Source: an uncultured Candidatus Planktophila sp.
GTDB lineage: Bacteria > Actinomycetota > Actinomycetes > Nanopelagicales > Nanopelagicaceae
Reading direction: 5' to 3'
Length of the DNA: 41,774 nucleotides
Assembly (NCBI GenBank): GCA_964564615.1
Contig: CAZMBG010000001.1
Span: 1-41,774, forward strand
A program made the translations under genes and the position numbers. This document shows, piece by piece, positions 9,958 to 18,872 of this stretch; position 1 is the first letter of the stretch, and every line of letters begins with the position of its first letter. Below the pieces are notes generated by a model. That model ran no database searches. It saw only the letters and a program-made list of their open reading frames with translations, and was not told the DNA's origin.

Positions 9958-11468
9958 GAGAGAGACAATATCCAATCAGTCAGCAATCGAACGCCAAATC
10001 CAGTTCCACCTTTTGGATTTTCGCCAGCATCACTATCGCTACGGCCAGTACCAGCTATATCGATGTGGACCCATTTGCGATCACCCGCAAACTTTTCTAG
10101 ATAAAGCGCGGCTGTGACCGAGCCTGCTGAATATGAATATTTATCCGCAGTGTGATTGAGGTCTGCTATTTCACTCTCGAGCGCATCTGCATAATCATCT
10201 ACCAAAGGCATATGCCAGACCCGTTCGCCACAATTTTCGCCAATTGCCATCATAGCTTTGGCAAGCTTTTCATCACGAGTATAAAGACCGGCATATTGGC
10301 GACCAAGACCTAAAGTAATTGCACCCGTAAGAGTTGCGATATCTACAATGTAATCTGGATCAAGATTAATATCTGCATACGCAATGCCATCTGCAAGTAC
10401 CAAACGTCCTTCAGCATCGGTATTGATTATTTCTACAGTTGTTCCACCATATTGGGTAATCACATCTGATGGTCGCTGCGATGTTGATGAAAGCGCATTT
10501 TCAGCACACATGAGAAGCGCAGTAACTCTTATGTTGGGTTGCAGTTGAGCAATTGCATTCATTGTGGCGAGCGCTGCTGCAGTTCCAGCCATATCTGACT
10601 TCATTGGTGCCATCAGATCATAGGGGCGCTTTAGTGAGACACCGCCAGTGTCATAGGTAATTCCCTTTCCCACCAACACCACATGTGGAAGCGCTTTTGC
10701 TGCTTTAAGTTTTGACTTTGCCAATTTCTGCGGAATGTAACTCACTTCGATAAAACGCGGACCTGGCTTTGGTGAAGAATTTCCAACCGCCCGCAAGCCG
10801 CCGAATTCAGCTAACTCTGAACCAGATTTGACTGAGACGGTGAGGCCGTTATCTTTTGCTAAATCTTGGGCACGATCTGCAATCCACGCAGGATTCTTAA
10901 TATTTGAAGGTGTGTGGATGAGATCTCTGGCAAGCACAAGTGATTGCGCTATTGCGGAAGCCTCTGAGATTGCTGAATTTTCAGAAGTGGCAATGCTAAA
11001 GGTTGGAAATTCGACACCTGATGTTGATTTCAAATTCCATGTATATGCACCAAGCACCATCGAGATAGCGTGCGTGCGAGCTTCTTGTGCATCCGCTGGA
11101 ATCACTGAAGTAACATTGAGCGCTTTCCCACGGACCTTTCTTCCAATCGCGGCGCCAGCTTGGCGCAAAGAGTGCAAAGAGCCATCACCGACTCCCACTA
11201 GGTAGAGCCGGTCAATTTCTGATGAATCGCTGAGAACTGGAATCTCAAATAACTCTCCAGCCTTGCCTGATGGCGAGAAGAAGGAGGCTTCATCAACTAA
11301 ATTGATTTCAAAATGCTTCTCGATTTCGGCATTGAGGTGATTCAAACCTCGAAAAATAATTTCACTTTTTTGTGAAGATGCTTCGGAAGACTTCTTAACA
11401 GAAAATCCCAAAGCCAGAACATCGGCTCCAAGTACAGCCGATAAGTCGGGTGTAATTGCGCTAAGAAT
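9954..11468 (-). CDS. M17 leucyl aminopeptidase (start uncertain: TTG 11411 or non-canonical ATT 11468)
   Basis: LVGKGITYDTGG, MKSDMAG, NTDAEGRL, DIATLTG and WVHIDIAG motifs. The frame stays open upstream of TTG 11411 to the DUF3117 gene. Confidence 0.9.
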   Translation of the reverse strand: MLSAITPDLSAVLGADVLALGFSVKKSSEASSQKSEIIFRGLNHLNAEIEKHFEINLVDEASFFSPSGKAGELFEIPVLSDSSEIDRLYLVGVGDGSLHSLRQAGAAIGRKVRGKALNVTSVIPADAQEARTHAISMVLGAYTWNLKSTSGVEFPTFSIATSENSAISEASAIAQSLVLARDLIHTPSNIKNPAWIADRAQDLAKDNGLTVSVKSGSELAEFGGLRAVGNSSPKPGPRFIEVSYIPQKLAKSKLKAAKALPHVVLVGKGITYDTGGVSLKRPYDLMAPMKSDMAGTAAALATMNAIAQLQPNIRVTALLMCAENALSSTSQRPSDVITQYGGTTVEIINTDAEGRLVLADGIAYADINLDPDYIVDIATLTGAITLGLGRQYAGLYTRDEKLAKAMMAIGENCGERVWHMPLVDDYADALESEIADLNHTADKYSYSAGSVTAALYLEKFAGDRKWVHIDIAGTGRSDSDAGENPKGGTGFGVRLLTDWILSLS

Positions 11469-11473
11469 TGGAG

Positions 11474-11653
11474 TTACTTCTTGATGAGAGCAACCGCGGC
11501 TTCAAGTGCGGCGCTGAGATTATTGGCTTCTTGGGGATTGAGTTCGACCACTAGACGTCCACCACCCTCGAGTGGGATTCGCATAACCAAAGAACGGGCT
11601 TCCTTAGTTACTTCCATTGGACCATCACCTGTGCGAGGTTTCATTGCTGCCAT
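11474..11653 (-). CDS. DUF3117 family small actinobacterial protein (59 aa)
   Basis: Missing from the ORF track. Manual translation MAAMKPRTGDGPMEVTKEARSLVMRIPLEGGGRLVVELNPQEANNLSAALEAAVALIKK matches the recognisable DUF3117 N-terminus. Confidence 0.92.
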   Translation of the reverse strand: MAAMKPRTGDGPMEVTKEARSLVMRIPLEGGGRLVVELNPQEANNLSAALEAAVALIKK

Positions 11654-11734
11654 ACCCGAATTATCTCAAAGGTTGGCCTTGATATGGAAATCGAGAAAAG
11701 CGCAAATCGTGCGAGAAAACGGGTGGCAGCAGGG

Positions 11735-11923
11735 CTACTTCAAACCTAATTGAGAGGCAAGGCGCTTTTTCCCACTCTCAATAACAACGATGACGGCGCG
11801 CTCTGGAACGGCAAGGAGCGATGCAATTTCAGTTGTGCTCTTGCCCGAAACCATATGCAGGGTCAGGACGATCCGCTCTTCTTCCGGAAGAGAAGAGATG
11901 AGCTCAGAAATTGTCTGTCCCAT
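11735..11923 (-). CDS. Small stand-alone sigma-70 region 4-like HTH protein (62 aa)
   Basis: LISSLPEEERIVLTLHMVSGKSTTEIASLLAVPERAV...GKKRL follows the ECF sigma region 4 pattern (L-P-x-x-x-R-x-V-x-x-L...G-x-S-x-x-E-I-A-x-x-L). Confidence 0.7.
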   Translation of the reverse strand: MGQTISELISSLPEEERIVLTLHMVSGKSTTEIASLLAVPERAVIVVIESGKKRLASQLGLK

Positions 11924-11934
11924 AGGAATAGAGG

Positions 11935-12411
11935 TTACTCCCCTACTTTATCTTTAGCGTTCGAGCGAATAAGTCGAGCCAGTGAGCGCAATGAAATCCA
12001 TACGCCGACGTAGAAAAATGGTCGAACCAAGAAGAAAATCGCCCGCGGTGCTCGAATAGTTTCCGACCAATAAAAATGGGTTGATGTAGCTGTTCGCTCG
12101 CTTAATTGAAAAGTGCCAGTCCCCTTAATAACTTTTCCGATGTGTATGACATCGCAGCGATATGGCGGCTGCCAATGAGTGACCTTCATATGATCGAGAA
12201 CGCCGAGATATTTAAATCTTGGATATATAAAGTGAAGCGGTCCGGTAAAGGCAAATATTTCTACATCGGTTGGCGTTGGTCCAGATTGCTTATTCCACAC
12301 TGACGTCTGCAACATCCATCGTGTTTGACCTTGCCAATCAACAACTTCCTTCCACACGGTTTCAACCGGTGCCGCTATATTGATTGTTAACTCAAGTGTA
12401 TTTTCAGCCAT
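11935..12411 (-). CDS. SRPBCC/polyketide cyclase-like family protein
   Basis: INIAAPVETVWKEVVDW...WM N-terminal pattern and WQPP motif. Confidence 0.75.
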   Translation of the reverse strand: MAENTLELTINIAAPVETVWKEVVDWQGQTRWMLQTSVWNKQSGPTPTDVEIFAFTGPLHFIYPRFKYLGVLDHMKVTHWQPPYRCDVIHIGKVIKGTGTFQLSERTATSTHFYWSETIRAPRAIFFLVRPFFYVGVWISLRSLARLIRSNAKDKVGE

Positions 12412-12416
12412 CCCAA

Positions 12417-12965
12417 TCAACTACTCACTGAACTTTCATAGATGTAGTCGAGCGCTTGCTCAATATCAGCAGACCATAGAACTAAATTGCGCATTCCAGG
12501 CTTTACAAAATGTTGGTTCTCTAAATCAATTACCAACTCTTGAAGTTTCGAAAAAACTCCCTGCGGGTCGAGAATCACAATAGGCTTGCTGTGGAAACCT
12601 AGGTAGCGTCCAACCCAAATTTCAATAAGTTCTTCTAGGGTTCCGAGTCCGCCGGCAAGCGCGATGAATCCATCAGCAGTGGCTTCGATCTTGCCTTTGC
12701 GTGAGCGCATAGAGTCTACGACTACCAATTCATCGTTATCGTGATCGGCAAATTCAATATCAACCAGCTTCTGCGGGATGATGCCAATTGTTTTGCCACC
12801 TCGACTTCGCGCTCCCAGAGAAATTTGACCCATCATCGAGGCTTTGCCGCCACCAGAAACTAATTCAGCTCCACGATCTGCGATAGCCGCACCTAGCTGG
12901 AATGCGAAATCTTTATGTCGTTGATCGATAAGTTCGGCCGAAGAACAATAAACCGCAATGCGCAT
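12417..12965 (-). CDS. LOG family (TIGR00730-like) nucleotide phosphoribohydrolase
   Basis: IAVYCSS, LVSGGG, MRSRK and AGGLGTLEE (a variant of PGGxGTxxE). Confidence 0.9.
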   Translation of the reverse strand: MRIAVYCSSAELIDQRHKDFAFQLGAAIADRGAELVSGGGKASMMGQISLGARSRGGKTIGIIPQKLVDIEFADHDNDELVVVDSMRSRKGKIEATADGFIALAGGLGTLEELIEIWVGRYLGFHSKPIVILDPQGVFSKLQELVIDLENQHFVKPGMRNLVLWSADIEQALDYIYESSVSS

Positions 12966-12988
12966 GATGGACAGGATACGCTACTGCC

Positions 12989-13906
12989 ATGTCACAACTC
13001 GCTCACGGCCATGGAATTGCAACACTTTCGGGAGATACCGTTCTTGATGTCTGGTACCCATCCCCCGCGTTAGGTACACTGACCGGAAATCCAGATTCGA
13101 CGCTGACTTCCTTGGTCGGCGATGATTCATTGCGAAATGTTCGCCGCGAAATTGTTTCGATTGAAATTGATTTAACGAGCGCCCCAAAGGATGCGCGCGA
13201 TGCATACCTACGCCTTCATTTGTTGTCGCATCGATTGGTCCGCCCACACGGATTAGTTCTTGACGGAATATTTGGTCTGCTCGCAAATGTCGTCTGGACC
13301 AATTACGGACCTTGCGCTGTGGACGGGTTTGAATTAACTCGCGCTAAATTAAAGGCGCAGTACGGTCAAGTCACAATTTATGGCGTAGATAAGTTTCCAA
13401 GAATGGTTGATTACATCATTCCTAGTGGAGTACGAATAGCTGATGCAGATCGAGTGCGACTTGGTGCCTATCTGGCTCCCGGAACAACCGTCATGCACGA
13501 AGGATTTATCAACTTTAATGCGGGTACTTTGGGTACCTCTATGGTGGAAGGGCGAATCTCGGCTGGCGTTGTCGTTGGCGATGGCTCTGATGTTGGCGGT
13601 GGTGCCTCGATCATGGGAACTCTAAGTGGCGGCGGCAAAGAAGTTATTTCCGTCGGTGAAAAGTGTTTATTGGGAGCTAATTCAGGTTTGGGTATTTCGC
13701 TTGGCGATAATTGTGTCATTGAAGCCGGTACCTACATCACTGCGGCTGCCAAAGTAACTCTTCCCGATGGTGAGATTGTGAAAGCCGGAACTTTATCTGG
13801 AGCAAGTAATCTGCTCTTCCGACGCAACTCTCTTACAGGTGGATTGGAAGCAGTAATGCGCAGCGGCACGTGGGGCGGATTAAATTCAGTTCTGCACGCT
13901 AACTAG
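12989..13906 (+). CDS. dapD: 2,3,4,5-tetrahydropyridine-2,6-dicarboxylate N-succinyltransferase
   Basis: YLRLHLLSHRLV, VDKFPRMVDY, RVRLGA and TVMHEGFINFNAGT motifs plus hexapeptide repeats. Confidence 0.95.
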   Translation: MSQLAHGHGIATLSGDTVLDVWYPSPALGTLTGNPDSTLTSLVGDDSLRNVRREIVSIEIDLTSAPKDARDAYLRLHLLSHRLVRPHGLVLDGIFGLLANVVWTNYGPCAVDGFELTRAKLKAQYGQVTIYGVDKFPRMVDYIIPSGVRIADADRVRLGAYLAPGTTVMHEGFINFNAGTLGTSMVEGRISAGVVVGDGSDVGGGASIMGTLSGGGKEVISVGEKCLLGANSGLGISLGDNCVIEAGTYITAAAKVTLPDGEIVKAGTLSGASNLLFRRNSLTGGLEAVMRSGTWGGLNSVLHAN

Positions 13907-15100
13907 CGAAAACCACGGTGACGGAAGTTTGGCTCTACTTCTGAAAGTATCCCCACGTAATACCTTCGTTGCACCGGTACTTGATGTTGCCTTAATCCAG
14001 GTGACGGCGCCGGCTTGATTTCGACTCACAACCTCCAGAGACATCACATCAGGCAGAGCAAATGCAGCTGAAACCAATTGCTGCGTTGAAGATGCGCTCC
14101 AAGCTGCGAAACGCGGATTAAGTTTTATATCAACGCTGGCGGTATCGGGTACGGATTGGGTGTAACTAGTAAGACCACCCCAAGCATCAGACGTAGTTTG
14201 GGTTGCTCCACCAGATGATGAGAAGAAGTAAGCCTGTACTGGTTTTCCATTACTTAAAAGGGCTAAACCGGTGGCAGTATCAACAACAGTTCTCATTACT
14301 GCAGCGCGCCAAAGCGCACCAACTTTCGCTTCGGACTCTTTGGAATATCCAACGAAGTTTTGATCGGCAATATGCGCATAGAGGTGACAGTCGCACGAAG
14401 GTTTGATAGTTCCCATTTTAGAGAGCGCATAACTGCGTGATGCGATTGTCTGGGCTTCTAGGGTTGCAGCCGGCCATGCAGATGAAATTTCACTAATTCC
14501 GAGTAAATACTCGTCGTGTATTGATAGTGAATTGGTGACTTCAATTGCACCTTTTACTACCTTCAATTGGATTTGACCGTAACGGTAGCGAGCCGTTGCG
14601 CCATTAGTAGTTACACTGATTGTTGATACCGACGCATATCGCCAACGAATAGTGATTACTGAGCCTGAAACTGCTCCACTTATTTTCGTCTTATCAGGTG
14701 TCAGCCAGAAGGTTAATTTCTTAGTCGAGATAAATGCGGGAGCAGTGGAGGTATCGGTAGTAGGAAGATCTCCTACGTAATAGAGCGCCATCGCATCTTT
14801 TGATGGCGCTAATGTAAGCGTAGATAATGCGTGACCGATGTTAACCCGAATCGTCGCAGTATCTGGATACGGTGCTACTTCAACATTTTTAAAGTAATAC
14901 TTCAAAATTGAGGTGGCGCTCTCACCAGCATTTGCCATCGCGCGCGCACCAATTTGGCTCATACCTACACCGTGCCCAAAGCCGGCGCCGGTGAATTGGA
15001 AAGTGCTAGGAACTCCCTCTGCATGAGCTGGCAAGAGTGAAGAAAAAATGGCAAGCAGGGTTACTGAAATTACAGAACGCTTTAAATTAAACGTCCTCAT
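13886..15100 (-). CDS. Secreted SpoIID/LytB-domain protein (putative lytic transglycosylase)
   Basis: Signal peptide ending AHA, GAGFGHGVGMSQIGA, EYLLGISE..SAWP, AQTIASRSYA, CDCH and FFSSSGG. Start uncertain (15100 or 15124). Confidence 0.85.
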   Translation of the reverse strand: MRTFNLKRSVISVTLLAIFSSLLPAHAEGVPSTFQFTGAGFGHGVGMSQIGARAMANAGESATSILKYYFKNVEVAPYPDTATIRVNIGHALSTLTLAPSKDAMALYYVGDLPTTDTSTAPAFISTKKLTFWLTPDKTKISGAVSGSVITIRWRYASVSTISVTTNGATARYRYGQIQLKVVKGAIEVTNSLSIHDEYLLGISEISSAWPAATLEAQTIASRSYALSKMGTIKPSCDCHLYAHIADQNFVGYSKESEAKVGALWRAAVMRTVVDTATGLALLSNGKPVQAYFFSSSGGATQTTSDAWGGLTSYTQSVPDTASVDIKLNPRFAAWSASSTQQLVSAAFALPDVMSLEVVSRNQAGAVTWIKATSSTGATKVLRGDTFRSRAKLPSPWFSLVSVQN

Positions 15101-15893
15101 CGGTTGCAGCGCTCTTTCCAACATTCATAAACTTCTGATACTCCGCGATGACTTCAGCCGGTTTGCCGCGCGCCATCAATTGACCTTTATTGAGCCACAC
15201 AACCTCGTTGCAAATATCTTCGATTGTAGCGAGAGCGTGGCTTACCAAAATGAGTGCACGATCTGCACTTCGTAATTCTTTAATGCGATTAAGGCTCTTC
15301 TGTTTAAAGTGAGCATCTCCAGTACTGAGCGCTTCATCAATAATTAAAATATCTGGTTCGACAACTGCGGCAACAGAGAAAGCTAAACGGGCATACATTC
15401 CTGACGAATAGGTGCGCATCGGGGCGTCAATATTTTCACCGAGCTCTGAGAATTCTGCGATGGCATCGAAGTTCTGGTCGATTTCAGCTTTGGTCATACC
15501 GGCGGCAAGTCCGCCTAAATAAACATTCTCCCGGCCAGTCATCTTCGGATTGAAACCAACGCCAAGTGCAAGCAATGTACTGACGCTGCCGTAGACGTCG
15601 ACCCGACCACGAGATGGTGGAACAATTCCAGATATAACGCGCATCAATGATGATTTTCCAGCACCATTCGATCCGATAATTCCAAGAACTGTCCCGTAAT
15701 GCACATCAAGAGAGACGTTTTTAATCGCATCAACTCTGCGAGTATGTTTGCGACCTCGCCCTAGCGATTTTAGGCGCGCCTTAAGCGTTGGCTTCTTATC
15801 TATTGAAGTCGTGTAGGTAAGGCTTAAATCTTTTACCGAAACTGCGATTGAGCCTTTGGAATGTTGGTGGTTAAAGTCGGACAGCGAAATCAC
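15087..15893 (-). CDS. Polysaccharide/teichoic acid export ABC ATPase (Wzt/TagH-like)
   Basis: GSNGAGKSS, YSSGMYARLAF, ILIIDEALSTGD and LVSH; no C-terminal carbohydrate-binding extension. Confidence 0.9.
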   Translation of the reverse strand: MISLSDFNHQHSKGSIAVSVKDLSLTYTTSIDKKPTLKARLKSLGRGRKHTRRVDAIKNVSLDVHYGTVLGIIGSNGAGKSSLMRVISGIVPPSRGRVDVYGSVSTLLALGVGFNPKMTGRENVYLGGLAAGMTKAEIDQNFDAIAEFSELGENIDAPMRTYSSGMYARLAFSVAAVVEPDILIIDEALSTGDAHFKQKSLNRIKELRSADRALILVSHALATIEDICNEVVWLNKGQLMARGKPAEVIAEYQKFMNVGKSAATDEDV

Positions 15894-16698
15894 GCTCCCT
15901 CGATAGGAAGAAATATGTTCCTACAATAAAGATGCCAGCTGCCCATGCAAATGCATGGAGTATGCCAGAAAGATCAGGCGCTTCGGCTCGCACCATTACC
16001 TGAGCCCATGCATCCAGGAGATAGAACATTGGGTTGAGCACTTCAAATTTCTTTATATGTTCCGACATGGTGCTGGCTTCGTATAAAACTGGCGATAAAT
16101 AAAGAAGTGTTCGAGTGAGATACGGCAACATACTTGCGATATCTCTGAAGTAAACATTGACGCACGAAATTAAAATAGCCAAGCCTAATGAAAGTAAGAG
16201 CGCGGTGAAAAGAATTGGAATCGCCCACAACATATTCCATGAATAAGGTGAACCGAAGAATTGGCGAATTGCAAAAGCGACAACCAAAGTCGGCAAGAAT
16301 CTAAAGAGCGCCACGACCACGGCTGATACCGGGAGCATGATTCGTGGAAAAGAGGTGTTGAGAATGAGCCGTTGGCCAGATGTGATGGCCTTAACACCAC
16401 CAGTCAGGCTATTTGCCACTAAATAAAAGAGGAAAAGGCTCGAGGTGAGATGGATAAACCGTGCGGAACCACTCGCGCCACCGATCACATAAATGAGAAG
16501 GAAGTAAATGCCGGACAACATGAGTGGGTTGAGCACCAACCAGAGCTGGCCAAAGACTGAATCGAAATTCTGTTCCCGGAGTTCAGAGCGGGCAAATTCC
16601 GAGATAAAAGCACGGCGTCGCCAGAAGGTTCGGAGATACTCTCCGATTTTAGGTAGGCCGGCCTTAAAGGGCTGATAGCTCACCAATGGCGCAGTCAT
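15871..16698 (-). CDS. Polysaccharide export ABC-2 permease (Wzm/TagG-like)
   Basis: FGQLWLVLNPL, VYFRDI, YLSPVLY and LNPM patterns; 6 TM segments. Confidence 0.9.
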   Translation of the reverse strand: MTAPLVSYQPFKAGLPKIGEYLRTFWRRRAFISEFARSELREQNFDSVFGQLWLVLNPLMLSGIYFLLIYVIGGASGSARFIHLTSSLFLFYLVANSLTGGVKAITSGQRLILNTSFPRIMLPVSAVVVALFRFLPTLVVAFAIRQFFGSPYSWNMLWAIPILFTALLLSLGLAILISCVNVYFRDIASMLPYLTRTLLYLSPVLYEASTMSEHIKKFEVLNPMFYLLDAWAQVMVRAEAPDLSGILHAFAWAAGIFIVGTYFFLSRERDFAVRL

Positions 16699-16721
16699 AT
16701 CGCCAAGGTTACCTTACGAGC

Positions 16722-17696
16722 TTACTTATTTGCCCGCTTTGCAGGTACCAGCGAGCGCGGAGATGTGAGAAATCCGGTTCCCCATGCGAAGTGCATTGTT
16801 GGAATTACTGCCAACAAATAAACACATTGCAGAATATTCTTGCCAATCTTTCCGGCTGCAATTACTAGAAAAAACAAATAAATCCAGGCCGGGATAAAGA
16901 GGATTGGATGAATGATTGCGCCAAGAATTGCTGATGATGTAAATCCGAGAACTGCAAGCGGTGGAGCGAGATATCGATAATTGATAGTTCCTGGATGTAA
17001 TCGCGACACTACGCGACGCCAACGCCCATATTCAAAGTACTGTTTCGCCAAAGCTCGTACGCTGGAACGAGGGCGATAGGTAACGTATAAACGAGGATCA
17101 AAGTAAATTTTTCCGCCACGCTCGCGCAATCGATGGTTGAGTTCCCAATCTTGTGCACGTGTGAATTCTTCGTCGAACCCACCAATAGCCAAGAGCGCAT
17201 CTCGTCTAAAGGATCCGAGATACACAGTATCCACCTCGCCTGCACCACCACCAGTGTGGAATCGAGAAGCTCCAACTCCGAGTGGGCTTCGCATCGCAGC
17301 GGCAACTGCCTGCTCGAATGGCGTGACTCCTTCAGCGGCCATCAGACCGCCAACATTCACCGCACCAGTGGTATCGAGTAACTCCACTGCTAAGGAGATG
17401 TAATTACTGGGCAACTCTGAATGGCCATCTACTCTCACAATTACGCTTCCCTGAGATGCACGCAAGGCCGCATTGAGCCCAGCCGCAGTTCTACCACTCG
17501 GATTATCTACGACAATTACCCGGCCATCTTCGCGATGGAGTTGATCAGCAATTTCTCGGGTTCTATCTCTTGAAGGCCCGATAGCTAGAACAATTTCAAA
17601 TGGACCTTGATAATCCTGAGAAAGAATTGAGGAGACGGCTTCGCGTAGATAGGCCTCTTCATTGAGAATTGGCAGAATCACACTCACGAATGTCAT
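16722..17696 (-). CDS. Glycosyltransferase family 2 (ExoA-like)
   Basis: VSVILPILNE, RVDGH, GGFDE..RAQDWELNHRL and QYFEYGRWR motifs; C-terminal TM helices. Confidence 0.9.
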   Translation of the reverse strand: MTFVSVILPILNEEAYLREAVSSILSQDYQGPFEIVLAIGPSRDRTREIADQLHREDGRVIVVDNPSGRTAAGLNAALRASQGSVIVRVDGHSELPSNYISLAVELLDTTGAVNVGGLMAAEGVTPFEQAVAAAMRSPLGVGASRFHTGGGAGEVDTVYLGSFRRDALLAIGGFDEEFTRAQDWELNHRLRERGGKIYFDPRLYVTYRPRSSVRALAKQYFEYGRWRRVVSRLHPGTINYRYLAPPLAVLGFTSSAILGAIIHPILFIPAWIYLFFLVIAAGKIGKNILQCVYLLAVIPTMHFAWGTGFLTSPRSLVPAKRANK

Positions 17697-17729
17697 GCGT
17701 CTAAGGTATCGTCCAAGTAACCTACGCAG

Positions 17730-18848
17730 GTGAAATCAACTCGCGCGATTCGGATAATTACCTCACTTTCTCTTGGTGTTGTCCTTCTCTCGGCTGCGAC
17801 CTGGTTTGGTATCGGCCAAATTAGTGGTCAGATTTCACGTATTAACGTCTTCGATGGACTTGATAATCGTCCAGACAAGGTTTCCAGTGCACTCAACTAC
17901 CTCGTTGTAGGTTCAGATAACCGCGAGGGCCTCACGAAGGAACAGATTCGCAAACTCCGAGTTGGTGGAGTCGATGTTGCAGCCGGCGGTAGATCTGACA
18001 CTATGTTGTTAGTTCATATTTCAAAGGCGCGAGATGCGGCCTATATCGTCTCACTACCGCGCGACACACTTGTAACTATTCCAGCTCATACAAGTACCAT
18101 CGATAATAAAACTCCGGTGCCGGCAAAACCCGGAAAATTGAATTGGGCCTTTGCCTACGGTGGCGCACATCTATTGGTTCAAACTATTGAAGCCAATACT
18201 GATCTTAAAATTGATCATTACGTTGAAGTTTCCTTTGCAAGTTTTGTCAATGTCGTTGATGCACTTGGCGGTATCCAAGTCTGCTCCAAAGTAAACATTA
18301 ATGACCCTAAGAGCCACTTGGTGATGAGCGCTGGAACCCACGTACTTGACGGTGTTGAAGCGCTGAAGTACGTACGCACTCGCGACTTCGATGGGCGTGG
18401 TGATATCGGTCGCATGGAACGTCAACAGCAATTTGTCAGCGCCATTATCCGAAAGGCAACTTCTTCTGGAACTTTATTGAACCCAATAAAGTTGGCAAAT
18501 TTTTATAAGGCAACAATCTCCACTGTAAAAATGGATGAGGGCGTGAGCAAGAACGATTTACTCACCTTGGCTAAGCAGTTGCGAAATCTATCCTCGGGCA
18601 ATGTGCGAACTCTCACCGTTCCGCTTTCAAATCCCAATGGCAATGTTCCGGGAATAGGTTCGGTCGTTGTCTGGGACGCTGTTCTCGCGCCTGATCTCTG
18701 GAGTCGAATCAAGAATGATGCCGCTCTTCTAGATGAACTCAGCGCAAAGAAGACTTCTGCTTCGCCAAAAGCGAGCGCAACCCCTCAGATGGTAGATAAA
18801 TTCGGCACAAAAACTGCCGCCGATAATCCTTGTGCTTCGAATAACTAG
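17730..18848 (+). CDS. LCP (LytR-CpsA-Psr) cell-wall glycopolymer ligase
   Basis: N-terminal TM segment, LVVGSDNR, RSDTMLL, SLPRDT, YVRTR and DIGRMERQQ. Confidence 0.93.
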   Translation: MKSTRAIRIITSLSLGVVLLSAATWFGIGQISGQISRINVFDGLDNRPDKVSSALNYLVVGSDNREGLTKEQIRKLRVGGVDVAAGGRSDTMLLVHISKARDAAYIVSLPRDTLVTIPAHTSTIDNKTPVPAKPGKLNWAFAYGGAHLLVQTIEANTDLKIDHYVEVSFASFVNVVDALGGIQVCSKVNINDPKSHLVMSAGTHVLDGVEALKYVRTRDFDGRGDIGRMERQQQFVSAIIRKATSSGTLLNPIKLANFYKATISTVKMDEGVSKNDLLTLAKQLRNLSSGNVRTLTVPLSNPNGNVPGIGSVVVWDAVLAPDLWSRIKNDAALLDELSAKKTSASPKASATPQMVDKFGTKTAADNPCASNN

Positions 18849-18872
18849 CGCAACTGCAATAGACTCCCCCAC

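Noticed and set aside
11481-11753. 90-aa plus-strand ORF in the ORF track
   Set aside because: It is the antisense shadow of the DUF3117 gene at 11474-11653 on the minus strand.
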